From Octopus vulgaris (taxonomy: Eukaryota): a DNA stretch of 64,000 nt. The first letter of the stretch is position 1. Each line of letters begins with the position of its first letter. The stretch covers positions 61,008,001 through 61,072,000 of the forward strand of contig OX597820.1 in the NCBI GenBank assembly GCA_951406725.2, read 5' to 3'. The notes beneath the pieces were generated by a model. It did no database searches. It was not told the DNA's origin and was given only the letters and a program-made list of their open reading frames with translations. A program made the translations under genes and the position numbers. Positions 1-14,974 of the stretch are shown one piece after another.

Positions 1-1
1 T

Positions 2-75
<74 letters not shown>
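1..75. repeat. (CA)n microsatellite
   Basis: Direct reading. Confidence 0.95.
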
Positions 76-77
<2 letters not shown>

Positions 78-159
78 TATTAATTCATCAATGCTTATAT
101 ATTTCAGTGTCTTCACCATTTTCAATTTCAGTGGGTTTGCGTTGTTTTATTTCTCACAT

Positions 160-176
160 ATATGTGTATGTATGAC

Positions 177-219
<43 letters not shown>

Positions 220-369
220 AGAGAGTGAGAGAGAGAGAGACAGAGAGACAGACGCATACATATATATGCATGTGTGTGTGCGTGTATGTATGTATGTATG
301 TATGTGCATATATATATCACAAACTCACACACACATACACAGCACATATATAAATATGTATATACATAC

Positions 370-422
<53 letters not shown>

Positions 423-451
423 TCTATATACATATATATATATATGTATAT

Positions 452-546
<95 letters not shown>
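160..546. repeat. Compound microsatellite (TA)n/(GA)n/(TATG)n/(GATA)n
   Basis: Direct reading; source of ORFs 147..593 and 162..353. Confidence 0.95.
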
Positions 547-549
547 TTA

Positions 550-850
550 GGCGCAGAACTGGCAGTATGGTAATTAACTTGCTCACCAACCACGTCGTTC
601 CGGGATCAGTCACACTACATGGCACCTTGGGTAAATGTCTTCTACTCGTGCCGACCAAAGACGGAAACTGAAAGAAGCCCGTCGTATATGTATGTGTGTG
701 TGCCTGTGTCTGCGTTTGTCTCCTCACCATCGCTTGACAACTGATGCTGGTGCGTTTACATCCCTGTAACTTAGCGGTTTGGCAAAAGACACAGATAGAA
801 TAAGTAGGCTTACAAAGAATAAATCCTGAAACAAGTAAAAGAATAAAAGA
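550..850 (+). mobile_element. SINE family A copy with internal deletions
   Basis: tRNA-like head, gcaccttgggtaaatgtctt CORE-like block, ggaaactgaaagaagcccgtcg, central microsatellite, ctgaaacaagtaaaaga tail; matches 15225-15742. Confidence 0.85.
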
Positions 851-1075
851 ATATATATATGGCTTCGCACAAAATACGTTGTGTCCCTTAGTATTTATTC
901 AGAAATTGAAATCCCGCCCCTGTTCAGTTTGATCTCGGCAATTCCGAGTTCGATAAAATTAGCACCAGTTGATAAGATAGCTGAGTTTATATATATACAT
1001 ACATACATACATACATACATACATACATACATACATAAATACATACATACATACATACATACATACATACATACA

Positions 1076-1107
<32 letters not shown>

Positions 1108-1634
1108 AATATATATGGAGAAATTATACAAAATGTATAAGTGGATGATGAGTAAAGCACCAGCACAGCTTCGATTACCTGTAATTATCTGTAGATTGCA
1201 GGAACTTCATAACAGTATTAATTAATTGAGATAGCAGTATTAATAAAATTGACAGAAAAGAAAGATTTTATATGTATGTGTGTGTGTTTGTGATCATGCT
1301 CCAGCATGACCACAGTTATATAACTGGAATCCCTAAAAAGAATAAAGGGGAAACATTATTCACATCACAAATAGACTCCTCTCTGCTAATCCTAGGCACT
1401 GATTTTCCTTCTCACTTAAACCAAGAAAGAAAAAGAAAATTAGAAGCCAGCAAGTATTGCAGAGGATGTGTGTGTGTAAGAGGTTAATTGATAAAAGCCC
1501 TACAAACATTCAAAGAACCATTACATCGTCTGAAAATACCTTGGGGACCTCAGGACTTGATTGCTATCGACTAAACCCGTCCCCTAAAAAACTGCTGACC
1601 TTATTCCTAATTTAAAAGCCATTATTATTTTTTT

Positions 1635-1726
<92 letters not shown>
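1635..1726. repeat. (GAT)n followed by (CAT)n, an inverted microsatellite palindrome
   Basis: Centre gatc at 1685-1688; perfect 40-bp arms 1647-1726. Confidence 0.9.
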
Positions 1727-1729
1727 GAA

Positions 1730-2180
1730 AAACCTAAACCTTGTGTATAATACGCACTCCTTCTCTACTTGAGTCGTGTGTAATTAAGCCAGCAACATCT
1801 AGTCGAACAAACACTTCCGCGCATGCGTAATGCAATAGTGGTGATGTTCTTAACTGTTATATGAGAATGTAAATATGTTTGCAAATTGTTTTTGTTAGAT
1901 GTTATTCTGTGTTCTGAATACTTTTATTTTAATAAATGTTGCTTACTGCAAGTTATAGATGATTCTTTTATGACTTCATTGCTTTTAGGCTTAGCTTAAG
2001 GTATTTTCGCGCCCGACATCACAAAATGCGTCTGAATAAACATTGCCGGACAGCAAATAGTGACTCGGATATTGCTTAGAAAATATTTTTCATTTTTAAC
2101 CTCATATATAGTACGCACTAGGGATTCTGACCTTTAAATTTTAGGGAAAAAATGCGGATTATACTCGAGGATTTACGGTA
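1730..2180. mobile_element. Tc1/mariner-pogo-type MITE relic (right end preserved)
   Basis: Right end tgcggattatactcgaggatttacggta (TA-CCGTAAATCCTCGAGTATAATCCGCA on the minus strand); internal tataatacgcac/tatagtacgcac subrepeats; left TIR not found. Confidence 0.55.
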
Positions 2181-2514
2181 AGTATTGATCTAAAGCAGGT
2201 TTACAGGAATGTATTTTTGTCAACACTCGTTTTAAACCTGACATTGAATAGTGGATACTGTGGTTAAATCACGTTTTCTGCCATAATTTTTCTGCTTATG
2301 CAGAATCTGACACATGGGTTCAAAGTGGAGAAGAAAAATGACTTCTTAAAAATATAAGAAAATGCCTCCATTCAGAACCTTATATATTCCAAACAGATGT
2401 TTTACGAAAATTTATAACAGGTCTTTCAATAAATGTGCTTCTGTTTTCAATTTACCGATGCGCCATACAGTATTCTTGAATACGCACATATGCATACATA
2501 CGTGCATATATGTG

Positions 2515-2562
<48 letters not shown>

Positions 2563-2620
2563 GTAATATAATATATATGTGTGTATATATAAGTATATTA
2601 TAATGTAATATATATATATA

Positions 2621-2660
<40 letters not shown>

Positions 2661-2689
2661 GTGATATGATATATATATGATGTAATACA

Positions 2690-2724
<35 letters not shown>

Positions 2725-2859
2725 TATACATATATATGTGTGTGTATATATGTGTCTGTGTGTGTATGTATGTATGTATGTATGTATGTATGTATGTATG
2801 TATGTATGTATGTATGAATGTATAGTTACTTTAGATTACTTAGATAAGTTTCGGCCGAT

Positions 2860-3605
2860 GTTGGTTCAGACCAAGTTTAATGTAATAGCACCACATGGAA
2901 GAGATACAGAGTCAGCTCTTGGGCACCATGGCCCATTCGAGCAGAGTGTTATTGTCTTCAGAGACATATCCGGGTGTTGGTGGTTAGTCTCGTATTTGTT
3001 GGAAGTAATCATCTAGGGACCATTTGAATGCCGTGAAATCATTTTCCTCCTTTATGTGGGCTGGCACGATGCTGAAGAGAGCTGCGCCAGTTGAGGTAAA
3101 ATAGTTCTTTTCTACTCTAGGCACAAAGCCCGAAATTTTGTGGGGGGGAGCCAGTCGATTAGATCGACCCCAGTACGCAGCTGGTACTTAATTTATCGAC
3201 CCAGAAAGGATGAAAACCAAAGTCGATGGAATTTGAATTCAGAACGTAAAGACAGACAAAATACCACCAAGCATTTGGCTCGGTGTGTTAACCTTTCTTC
3301 CAGCTCACCGTCTTGAGGTGAAATAGTTCTGTCTTAGTGTTGTGATACGACACGAACACGATTTCTGTAGTGGACGGATGCACGGCGGGGCAAGCCTCGG
3401 ATGAATTTTAAAGATGATACCTATGTTATTTGGGCAAAGTTGATGGAATATTTTCCACATCATACAGATGATATAGCGCTCACCTTGGAGGGAGTAAAGC
3501 CTGAGCCTTTTGAGTTGATCCTAGAAGTCAAGGCTTATCATGCCATTTTTTTTTGCGATTTATCTCAGGGGAACTTTAATTTTCATATTCTATATCCTGT
3601 GGGGG
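2860..3605 (-). mobile_element. CR1/L2-group LINE ORF2 3' fragment interrupted by SINE B
   Basis: Minus frame reads NYFTSTGAALFSIVPAHIKEENDFTAFKWSLDDYFQQIRD*PPTPGYVSEDNNTLLEW, a typical LINE C-terminus; homologous to 27875-28010. Confidence 0.7.
3109..3312 (-). mobile_element. SINE family B (B2 tail) with 18-bp TSD
   Basis: TSD ttgaggtaaaatagttct 3091-3108 / ttgaggtgaaatagttct 3313-3330. Confidence 0.9.
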
Positions 3606-3683
3606 ACATACATACATACATAAATAATACATACGTCTACATACGTATGTATGTATGTATGTATGTATGTATGTATATATGTA

Positions 3684-3714
<31 letters not shown>

Positions 3715-3720
3715 ATGTAT

Positions 3721-4438
3721 GTAGAGAAAAGGTTAAACTGACTTCATCAACAATCAGAAAGAGAAGCTTATCCACAGTTTTAGGAAATGACTGTTAATAC
3801 AAAAGCAACGGAACTTCTCTTTTTAAACTGGTGCAAATGGGTTTAAATCATAAAACTGAGGAGAAAAAATTGCTTTGGATGTAGGCTATAGTTAAAATTA
3901 TTTGTTAATTGTTCACTCCACGGATCAGCTCTGATCGGTATTTTTCACACGCATATATATTCAGAACTGCATCGTCCAATGTAACAATTTTTTTAGTTTA
4001 TTTATAAAAGAAGTGTGAGTTTTGAGAGAGATTTGGTTTCTAGCAGTCAAGAAGCCAGTGGAGACTCTCTCAGTGGCACAGGCCAATGAAGCTTGAACAT
4101 TGATCATATTGATATTTGTTTATCGCATATATAAATATATATATATATATATATGCATGATGGATGCGTGTGTGTCTGTGTCTGTGTATATATATATATA
4201 TGTATGTATATATGTATGCATATGTTAGTGCATGTGTGTATGTATGTATGTACGTAGGTATATGTGTATATATGTCTCTTCTATTTTTTAATTATGATAA
4301 ATCTTCCACTGAGGAGGGAGCTGGTTTCCAATAAAGATACAAGGATCCATCTTTGGGATGTATGTATGTATGTATGTATGTATGTATGTATGTATGTATG
4401 TATGTATGTATGTATGTATGTATGTATGTATGTATGTT

Positions 4439-4487
<49 letters not shown>

Positions 4488-4881
4488 ATGTAGAGAAAAG
4501 GTCAAACTGACTTCATCAACAATCAGAAAGAGAGGAAGCTTATCCACAGTTTAAGGAAATGACTGTTAATACAAAAGCAACGGAACTTCTCTTTTTAAAC
4601 TGGTGCAAATAGGTTTAAATCATAAAACTGAGGAGAAAAAATTGCTTTGGATGTAGGCTATAGTTAAACTTATTTGTTAATTGTTCACTCCACGGATCAG
4701 CTCTGATCGGTATTTTTCACACGCATATATATTCAGAACTGCATCGTTCAATGTACAATTTTTTTTTATAAAAGAAGTGTGAATTTTGAGAGAGATTTGG
4801 TTTCTAGCAGTCAAGAAGCCAGTGGAGACTCTCTCAATGGCACAAGCCAAAGAAGCTTGAATATTGATCACACTGATATTT
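3721..4881. repeat. Local direct duplication of ~400 bp (3721-4117 and 4490-4881)
   Basis: Both copies run from tagagaaaagg(t/t)(t/c)aaactgacttcatcaacaatcag to cttgaa(c/t)attgatca; few differences. Confidence 0.9.
4272..4358 (-). mobile_element. R4/Dong-like LINE 3' UTR fragment inside (TATG)n
   Basis: Near-identical to 5185-5275, which continues into RLE coding sequence. Confidence 0.7.
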
Positions 4882-4929
4882 GATTATCATATGTGTGTGT
4901 GTCTGTGTGTGTCTGTGTGTGAGTGTGTA

Positions 4930-4965
<36 letters not shown>

Positions 4966-5024
4966 TGTATGTATGTATGTATGTATGTATGTATGTATGT
5001 ATGTGTGTATGTATGTATGTATGT

Positions 5025-5178
5025 ACAGGGCAGCTGCATCGAACTCTCTCATGCACCAAATAGCAGTTGCTAGAAAGCCTCCATGAAGTGAAACCAAGTA
5101 GCAACACCAAATGGCGGTGCCCCAGCATGGCCACAGCTCATAAGCTGAAACTAGAATCAGTCAATCAATCAATCAATC
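5025..5178 (+). mobile_element. CR1/L2-group LINE 3' end with (AATC)n tail
   Basis: RAAASNSLMHQI matches RTATSNSFVHQI near 35805; ends ggcggtgccccagcatggccacagctcataagctgaaactag. Confidence 0.75.
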
Positions 5179-5184
5179 ATATGT

Positions 5185-5449
5185 ATGTCTCTTCTATTTT
5201 TGAATTATCATAAATCTTCCACTGCGGAGGGAGCCGGTTTCCAACAAAGATACAAGGATCCATCATTGGGATGTAGTTAACAGACAAATTCACATGCGGT
5301 ACTTGAGAAAAGTCTTGCATATTTTTACTGTACCACTCACAGATTGCACATTAATGTACGTATATGCCGGTCGATTTCTCTTTCTAAAAATTCTTGCTTA
5401 TCCAGATTCTCCCTTAAGCATTTACTAACAAAACCTAGTGTTCCCATTA
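5185..5449 (-). mobile_element. R4/Dong-like LINE 3' fragment
   Basis: Minus frame [18 protein letters not shown] then GTVKICKTFLKY, like the end of ORF 36169..36576; TATG on both flanks. Confidence 0.8.
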
Positions 5450-5573
5450 TGTATGTATGTATGTATGTATGTATGTATGTATGTATGTATGTATGTATGT
5501 ATGTATGTATGTATGTATGTATGTATGTATGCTTGTATATATATATTTATATATGTATGAATATGTATGTATA

Positions 5574-6730
<1,157 letters not shown>

Positions 6731-7019
6731 GAGAGAGAATCAGTTAGTTATGAGGGAAACGTATTTGGTTTTTTTTTCTTACAGATTCAGGAATTACGTA
6801 GAAACTTCGTTGCTAATCGTTGATTTTGCTAAGTCCCCGGTAAACCTCTTTCCGAACAAATCTATAAAACAAGGTGCCCCACACAATATTATTCCTTTTT
6901 TTTTTTTTCTTGAACATACCATATTACCTAGTACTACTTCCTGCAATGTGTCCTTTCCTTTTCAAAGACAGCATGGTGTAATATGAAGAAAAAATATCTG
7001 TTGGTATCTAGCAAATTGA

Positions 7020-7251
7020 AAGGCGGTGAGCTGGCAGAAACGTTAGCACGCCGGGCGAAATGCTTAGCGGTATTTCGTCTGCCGTTACGTTGTGAGTTCA
7101 AATTCCGCCGAGGTCGACCTTACCTTTCATCCTTTCGGGGTCGATAAATTAAGTACCAGTTACGCACTGGGTTGATGTAATCGACTTAATACCTATGTCT
7201 GTCCTTGTTTGTCCCCTCTATGTTTAGCCCCTTGTGGGTAATAAAGAAATA
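7020..7251 (+). mobile_element. SINE family B (B1 tail), full length, 17-bp TSD
   Basis: Head aggcggtgagctggcagaaacgttagc, B-box-like gagttcaaattcc, central gcctttcatcctttcggggtcgataaattaagtacc (resembles the Meta-SINE domain, from memory); TSD ggtatctagcaa(a/g)ttga 7003-7019 / 7252-7268. Confidence 0.9.
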
Positions 7252-8249
7252 GGTATCTAGCAAGTTGAGTGATAGTTTGTTGTTCCTTGTTGACTGTTGT
7301 TATTGCAACTGCTGCTGCAGCTGTTCCTTATTCCCACGTTAGAACTGATCGAGAAAAGATATGATCAAAGACTTTCCAACTGTGATTTTCTTTCCCCGCC
7401 ACCCAGACGATATATCAAGGACTACATTATCCAATATGTCCGTTTTTAAGAAGATAGGAAATAATTTCAAGCAAGTCGATGGATATTTCGAAGTTGAGTG
7501 ACCGCAGTGGAGACCCTTTTTCGCCTTTTTGCTTTTATTTATTTATTTATTTATGTATTTATTTATTTTACTAAACATTTCATAAGGTCTTAGTAGCTTC
7601 TTGGCTTGTGTTCCCGTCGAATGGTGTCAACTCAAGTTCACATCGAGTTCAGTCTAGTCCTCTCACGAGGCTGAGATTTTAAAATGTTAATCCCTTTATT
7701 ATGTTTAGCGAACTCAGTTCTGTTGGGGAGATTAAACCTACTGATCTGTAAAAGTATATTTTCGTTGTTTTAGATACTATTTCTTATCGAAAACTGTTAG
7801 TGGTTGTGTCTGTTTTAAAACATTCCATTGTAGTTGTATATATTGTCCCCTTAATCCATAGAGTCAGGTTTCTCGATGGTCCTGAAATCATGTAGTTTTT
7901 CTTCACGCTAGTATTCGCAATGACAAACTTGTAGTTTGGTTGAAAATGGTTGATGTGTGAAAGGAAAGCGTAGACTTTCCAGAAGTCTGCAGTTCAGAAA
8001 GGAATTAAGAGTGTGTAGTAGGAGTGCTGGGAGATGAAGAGCTGACTATCGTATGGTTTTGAATGGAAATGATAGTGGCATCGTATTTAGCAATTCAGTG
8101 AAGAAGCAGCCGGAGACTACATACAGCGCAACTGTTTGGACGCTGGCAATTTGGCACAGTTGACTGCATTTTCAGCCTCTTTTGACGACAGTGCTTTTTG
8201 GCGCTGGAGACAAATGTGAGTGCGCAAAGTAATATATACAAACAGATAG

Positions 8250-8252
<3 letters not shown>

Positions 8253-8294
<42 letters not shown>

Positions 8295-8299
8295 GAGAC

Positions 8300-8369
<70 letters not shown>

Positions 8370-8617
8370 GGACGGACGGACGGACGGACGGACGGACGGA
8401 CGGACAGTGACTTTACAATTTGATTGAATACGATTGTCATATACACTTTCCCTCTCCTCATATGCATAAAGAGAAATATGTTCAGAGAGAGAGAGAGAGA
8501 GAGAGTAAGAGAGAGTAAAAGAGAGAGAAGGAGCGAGTAAGAGAGAGAGAGTAAGAGAATGAGATGGAGAGAGTAAGAGAATGAGATGGAGAGAGTAAGA
8601 GAGAGAGAGAGAGAGAA
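8253..8617. repeat. (GA)n/(GACA)n/(GACG)n compound microsatellite
   Basis: Direct reading. Confidence 0.9.
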
Positions 8618-9034
8618 ACATTAAAACGTCTGATGTCAAATAAGGCATCGTTGAATCAGTGTCACCAAATAGGCGTCACCGAAACGACTATACAAAAACG
8701 TCTCATACTCTACATAAAAGAGTAAAGTCGACGTGGAATGGGAATCAGCACATCAGTAACCCAGTGGTTACAGCATGTTCAGAGTTGAAGATTTACTAAA
8801 AAATTAAAGTGCTATTTTCTCTTTTTATGACAGTGATCTATGATGTTTTGTATATGCAGAGGCTGTTTCGTTTCAGTTCAGTGTATCACTGTATTGACCA
8901 AACTATTGGATGTTGTAATACACACTGCAGGTCACGATGCGTTTTAGTTATTCGTACAGTTATTAATGTCATTGCGCTTATACCTTATAAAGGATCAGTG
9001 ACTGTTGAGCGATGAAGATTCAACAATAATAATT

Positions 9035-9430
9035 CTCTTTAGCATAGGCAAAAGGCACAAAACTTTGAGGGAGGGACTGGGACGATTACATCGATTCCTT
9101 TGCAGAAAAGATGAAAGGCAATATCCGCCTCGGCCGAATCAGAATATAAAGCCAGAAGAAATGCTGCTATGCAGTTTTTCCGACCCGGTAACGATTCTTA
9201 TTTCTTTACTTCCCACAAGGGGCTACACACAGAGGGGACAAACAATGACAGACAAACGGATTCAGTCGATTATATCGACTCCAGTGCGTAACTGGTACTT
9301 ATTTAATCGACCCCGAAAGGATGAAAGGCAAAGTTGACCTCGGCGAAATTTGAACTCAGAATGTAGCGACAGACGAAATACCGCTAAGCATTCCGCCCGG
9401 CGTGCTAACGTTTCTGCCAGCTCGCCTCTT
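9035..9430 (-). mobile_element. Composite SINE B (B1 joined into the head of an older B2)
   Basis: B1 tail ccttgtgggaagtaaagaaata runs directly into gaatcgttacc... of a second B body. Confidence 0.8.
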
Positions 9431-10963
9431 TAGATCCACCAATAATAACACGGCAGCTCTAGTGGATTAAACCTCGGTAAAATAAGTACCAGTTGAGCAC
9501 TGGAGTCGGTGTAATCGACTAAATCCTGTTCCTTAAATTGCTGAAATCGAGCCAGAATTTGAAACAATTATTATTACAAACAGTGATCAACTTCACTTTC
9601 CATCTCTACTGTATAGAACAGCAGCTCTTTAATGTCAAGTGCTCGATTAGGAATATCACATGTTTTCCTCGTAAATCCCCGAGATTGACAGTAACGTTTC
9701 TAGATAGTTTCTTCGTTGTAAAGACTCTTTAAATCGAGACTAACATATTAAAAGCTTTGGTGTCTTCGCCGATAACGGAACAACACTTCAGAGCTTTGGC
9801 AGATTTATGATCCTATCTCTTACGTTAAATTAAACGCATCAGATTTATTGACTTCTGTTGACACAAACCAGCCTTTTAGACTGTTGATACTTTTAGCTTC
9901 CACCAGACTAGCCATTAGCGCTCATTTCCTTGCTCCGGACATTGCTACTGTCACTTATTTCCTTGTTACTTTCACTGCCCGCTTTTAAGAAAAACTACGA
10001 GACTCCCTTTTCAATTGAAACGCCGCTCTGTATTGGCAATGAATACCGCTGTCTCTACACAGAAAATGGCTGTCAACGGAAGAAAATTAAATCAAATAAC
10101 AGCCAAGGAGATGAATAAATAAATATATAAATAAATAAATAAATAAATAAATAAAGCCGGTTTTAGAGGGATATGAATATTTTATTCTCAACATTTTCAC
10201 ACTTCGAAGACCAAATTCACACTTCAGATAATTAAAATAATTTGCTCAAATTGCTAAAGTTACAACTGTTCTATTAGCTATCATTAGCTTATATTTATTG
10301 TTTAACTCAACCTAGTTAGTTCATATTTATCTTCCTCTTTGATTTGACTTTTTCTTTTCCCCTTTTATTTATATTTTTAATTTTTTAAGAAAGCTAAGCA
10401 TTATCTTTCGTTCAAAGTAAAGCTGTTATTTTTTTATTAAATAGGCTGCGACTGACATAATTACTGTGATATCTTCATTGTATTCTTTTTTACCATTTAA
10501 CTCTTTAACTATCCAAAACACTTTTTTTTTCAGACTTTTAGTTAGCTCTTCTTTCATACGTTCGAAGTTACTCTGGTACTTGAAAAAATAGGGAATATGT
10601 ATCATATATGATGTATGGACGCCAGTGGATTGCCCTACGTATCATGTGATACACGGGGCAGGCAAAGGGTTAAACATTTATATTTCAGTATTTATTGCTT
10701 CCTTACAATTACCAGTTTGTTGACAAAAACCACTGAGATACATATATACAGTTTGAGAAGTCCTAACTGTAGGAAAGAAATTTACGAGAGAAGCCTGCAA
10801 GTCAATAAACTCCTAATATATTCACAGAGGTATTGTATAGGCGTTGTTGTATTCGCCCGTTAATCTAACAAGCAACTGTGAGCTAACAGTCACCGTCCTC
10901 AATAGTGGGTTTTCAGTTTGGTTCGAACAGATATCTACTAAAACTAATAACTAACTAACTAAC

Positions 10964-10998
<35 letters not shown>

Positions 10999-12339
10999 AT
11001 GTCAGAAAATGGCTGTCAGCCCCTAAGTGTGTAACTGAATACTGGATCGGTTGAAAATAACAAAGGGAGTAACTGCAATTGCGGCCAAATGTCCCTCAGA
11101 TCATAATAATTGATTTTAAGTCAGAAGAAAAATTTAGATAATATAGTCCCACCTTTCAGGGCCGTCTTAGCAGCATTATAGGCTCCTGGAAAATCAATGT
11201 ACGGGACTTCACTTACTGACCCATGAAGCCCTGTATGGCCATGCCTTGGGACAACACTGCTACACTAAAATGACGTGATGATCGTGGGATCGAATAAACT
11301 TGATCATAGGCCTACTTAATCAGAATGAACTTGAAGTTAATCAACAACAGGATATTTCGCTTACGTAGAACCAATATGAAAACATCCAACTGGTCACTCG
11401 ATCTGCTAAAAATGGTAGCCTAATCTCTCCTAGATTATGCCCTATTTTCTTACATTACATAATGTAGTCCAACCTTCAGCCAAAAAGACGAAATGCTTAT
11501 GGCTGGAATATATTTTATTATACATTTATTATCGGTCAAATTTTAATCAAGGTTCACGTGGTGTCTAAGCAACTACAGCAACAACAGCAACAACAATAAT
11601 AAGAGTTAGGGATGCTACCATTCTTATTGCCGTTTTCCATTCTCAACAATACATCGGGGACAATTGTTTTATTGTACTAAACATTCTGCAGGTGGCGGTT
11701 CCATCCAGTCTAAATGTGAAAGGGTCAAATACATCAGATCAACCAGCATTCGCTTATTCAGTTGTCAACACCTCTACTCTCACTTTCTAGCTTTTACACT
11801 CATTTCATTCCATTTCATTTTATGTCACCCACAAACTAATAACGCTCTTGGATATACCAACGAAAAGACCATGGACGTTTAGGAAATAGAGAACTATAGT
11901 TAGAGAGAGAGAAAGTGTGGGCAAGACTAAGAACGATATGTCGGAGGAGATGATGTGTTGAAGAGGGAGGACGAGGAGAGAAGAGCAGTGAGAAGTGGAG
12001 TGAGGAAGGAGACAAGCAAAAGAGTGACAAACAAAGGGAGGGAGTAAGTCGTGCAATGTAATCACTTATTACAAGCCATTAATCTTTCGCCCCAACAAGG
12101 GCCCTCTCCAAACATTATATCTGTTGTGTTGATGTGTATTTTATAATGCTACTTTTCACAGTTTTGTAAGTGATCAGTCTTGTTATTGCCGCCGTTCGTC
12201 CTCAGATGTTTTATTTACTTTTCTTATTGTTATCATCTTGGGTGTTTTTATTTTATTTTATTGACATTGCTATTCTCCTTGTTGTTGTTGTTGTTGCTGT
12301 TGTTATTGTCATTCATGGTGTTTTACACACGCACGCGCG

Positions 12340-12508
12340 CGCACTCGCTCAAGCACACACACACACACACACAAATTTGTTCGCGCCTCTGCTTGCTTGC
12401 TTATAAGTGTGTGTGTGTGTGTGAGTGTGTGTGCACAGAGAAAGAGAGAGAGAAACAAAAAGAGACCTTCTACGTACCTATTTGCTTTCATACATGTGTG
12501 TATGTATG

Positions 12509-12555
<47 letters not shown>

Positions 12556-13295
12556 GTGTATACGTATATACATATGTATATATGTATGCGTGTGTGTATA
12601 TATATGTATATGTGTGTGTGAGCATGAATGTATGTATGCATGTATGTATGTGTGTGTGTGCATGCATGTATGTATGTATGTGTGCATGCATGCATGCATG
12701 TATGAATGTGTCTGCATGCATGCATGTATGTATGTATGTGTGTATGTATGTATGTATGTATGTATGTATGTATGTATGTGTGCCTGCATGCATGTATGTA
12801 TGCATGTATGTATGTATGTGTGTGTGCATGCATATATGTATGAATGTGTCAGCATGCATGTATGTATGTATGTATGTGTGTGTGTGCATGTATGTATGTA
12901 TGTATGTATGTGTGTGTGCATGTATGTATGTATGTATGTATGTATGTATGTATGTATGTATGTGTGTGCATGTATGTATGTATGTATGTATGTATGTGTG
13001 TGTGCATGTATGTATGTATGCATGTATGTATGTATGTATGTGTGTGCATGCATATATGTATGAATGTGTCAGCATGCATGTATGTATGTATGTATGTATG
13101 TTCATATATATTTTATCGTTTTGATATTTTTTAGACCTAGTTGATTGCCTTATATGTTTGTTAGTACTCTTTGTTATTGTTACGCCAATGGTGCTGCTAC
13201 TTATGGCGATGATGGTAAATAAACATCCTGGACGCAGGATGTTTATTGTACTGTTACCATAAATATATATACACACATATATACATATATACATA

Positions 13296-13339
<44 letters not shown>

Positions 13340-13345
13340 CATACA
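12340..13345. repeat. Long compound TATG/CATG/TG/TA microsatellite with higher-order subrepeats
   Basis: gcatgcatatatgtatgaatgtgtcagcatgcatg recurs near 12826 and 13046; source of ORF 12180..13124. Confidence 0.9.
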
Positions 13346-13399
13346 TATGGTGCATGGCTCGTTTTGTTTGTGTCATGAAGACGTCGACATCAATGACAA

Positions 13400-13752
13400 T
13401 GAGGATAGAGGTGGTGGTGGTGGTGGTGGTGGTGGTGGTGGTGAGGATGGTGGTGGTGGTGGTGGTGGAGATTGTGGTGGTGGTGGTGGTGAGGATGGTC
13501 GTCGTCGTGGGACGATGATAGTAGCTTCAATGTTGACATTGCCTCAGCCCGGGTGCTGTGTGTCAACTAAAAACGGGGAGTAAGCATGATGTCAATAATG
13601 GCGATTGCCAACAGCATTAAGTAGAGGTGTTTATTGTGTTTATGGTGATAGTAATGTGGTGGTGGTAGGCTGCTGGCGGTGCTGGTGGTGGTGGTGGTGG
13701 CGGTGGTAGTGTTGGTAACAGTGGTGACAGCGGCAGAAATGATGAGGGCCCA

Positions 13753-13821
<69 letters not shown>

Positions 13822-13874
13822 CAGCAGTGGTGGTGGTGGTGGTGGTGGTGGTGGTGGTGGTGGTGGTGGTGGTG

Positions 13875-13958
<84 letters not shown>
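13400..13958. repeat. (GGT)n and (AGT)n trinucleotide tracts
   Basis: Direct reading; source of poly-G/S/V/T ORFs. Confidence 0.9.
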
Positions 13959-13959
<1 letters not shown>

Positions 13960-14490
13960 AGATGTTAATGTTAGTAGCCGGGTGCTGGTGTTCCTGCTGC
14001 TGCTTAGAACCTGGGCATTGAGCCTGGTAAAGAAGTCCTGTCCGAATATTCAAAACCGTTTCTACACCCGTCTTGTTTTCAAGAATATATATGTACAGTA
14101 ACATTATCTAAAATGTTCTTCCATTTTTTTTGTTTTTTTTTAAACGACAATGCTGTGTGACTTCATTGATATTCGGCTGCTATTTCCAGCAGGTTCTAGT
14201 GACTATGCAGAAGCTCCTTTAATCGGCTCCTTAGTAACCTGATCTTTTGTCATTAATCTTTTATCTTTTTACTTGTTTCCGGCGTTGGACTGCGGCCATC
14301 ATGGGAAACCGCTTTGAAGGGTTTTGTCGAACAAATTCACCCCGAATACATTTTTTTTTTGTTTTCAAATCTGGTACCTATTCTATCGACTCTTTTGCCG
14401 AACCGCTAAGTTACAGAGACGTAAACAAACCAACACCAGTTGTCAAGCAGTGCTGGCAGACAAACACAAACGCAAAGGCACACACACACA

Positions 14491-14543
<53 letters not shown>

Positions 14544-14555
14544 TACATACATACA

Positions 14556-14587
<32 letters not shown>

Positions 14588-14610
14588 CATACATATATAC
14601 ATACATATAT

Positions 14611-14700
14611 TTCCCGAGCGTTAAACTAATATATCTGTTTGTTGTTTACACACTTGTCTTCGTCTTCTTTTTGGGGTTTTTTTTTTTTGTAAATTCCAAC
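14611..14700 (+). mobile_element. 3' fragment of the hammerhead-bearing (TA)n-docked element
   Basis: ttcccgagcgttaaactaat...tgtcttcgtctt...gtaaattccaactatata matches 49740-49824 and 47716-47770. Confidence 0.75.
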
Positions 14701-14714
14701 TATATATTTCAAAG

Positions 14715-14974
14715 GTACTATTTAAGAAGATTGGTCTCGGTGCGTGCACTCGCAAACTCGCGCATCCGCGCTAGCTAGTCTTGACCAGTCGATCCTACAA
14801 CGATTACCTAGGAAAATAAATAAAACACAAAAACACAAAATAAATTTTTTACACAAAGTAAATAATTTTTTAAAACAAAGTAAATAAGACACAAAAACAC
14901 AAAGTAAGGAACGACTAGTCACGACTAGCTAGCGTGGATGCGCGCACCGGGACCACTCTTCTTAAATAGTACGC
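14715..14974. mobile_element. Fold-back MITE with long imperfect TIRs and 9-bp TSD (Mutator-like?)
   Basis: TIR gtactatttaagaa...gcgcatcc(g/a)cgctagctagtc; flanks atttcaaag 14706-14714 and 14975-14983. Confidence 0.75.

Noticed and set aside
1160-1220. Hammerhead on the minus strand (cctgcaat...attacagg hairpin followed by gaagc)
   Set aside because: Core and stem I are too degraded to support.
10496-10674. piggyBac-type MITE (TTAA-CCCTTT right end)
   Set aside because: The left end matches only about 6 bp; not convincing.
12180-13342. Long ORFs of 200-314 aa (YVCM/HTYI-rich) and similar ORFs elsewhere
   Set aside because: They are translations of stop-free microsatellites with no domain content or splice context.
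13400-13960. Gly/Ser/Thr-rich structural protein exon or functional G-quadruplex
   Set aside because: Pure (GGT)n/(AGT)n runs with no synonymous variation; ordinary microsatellites.
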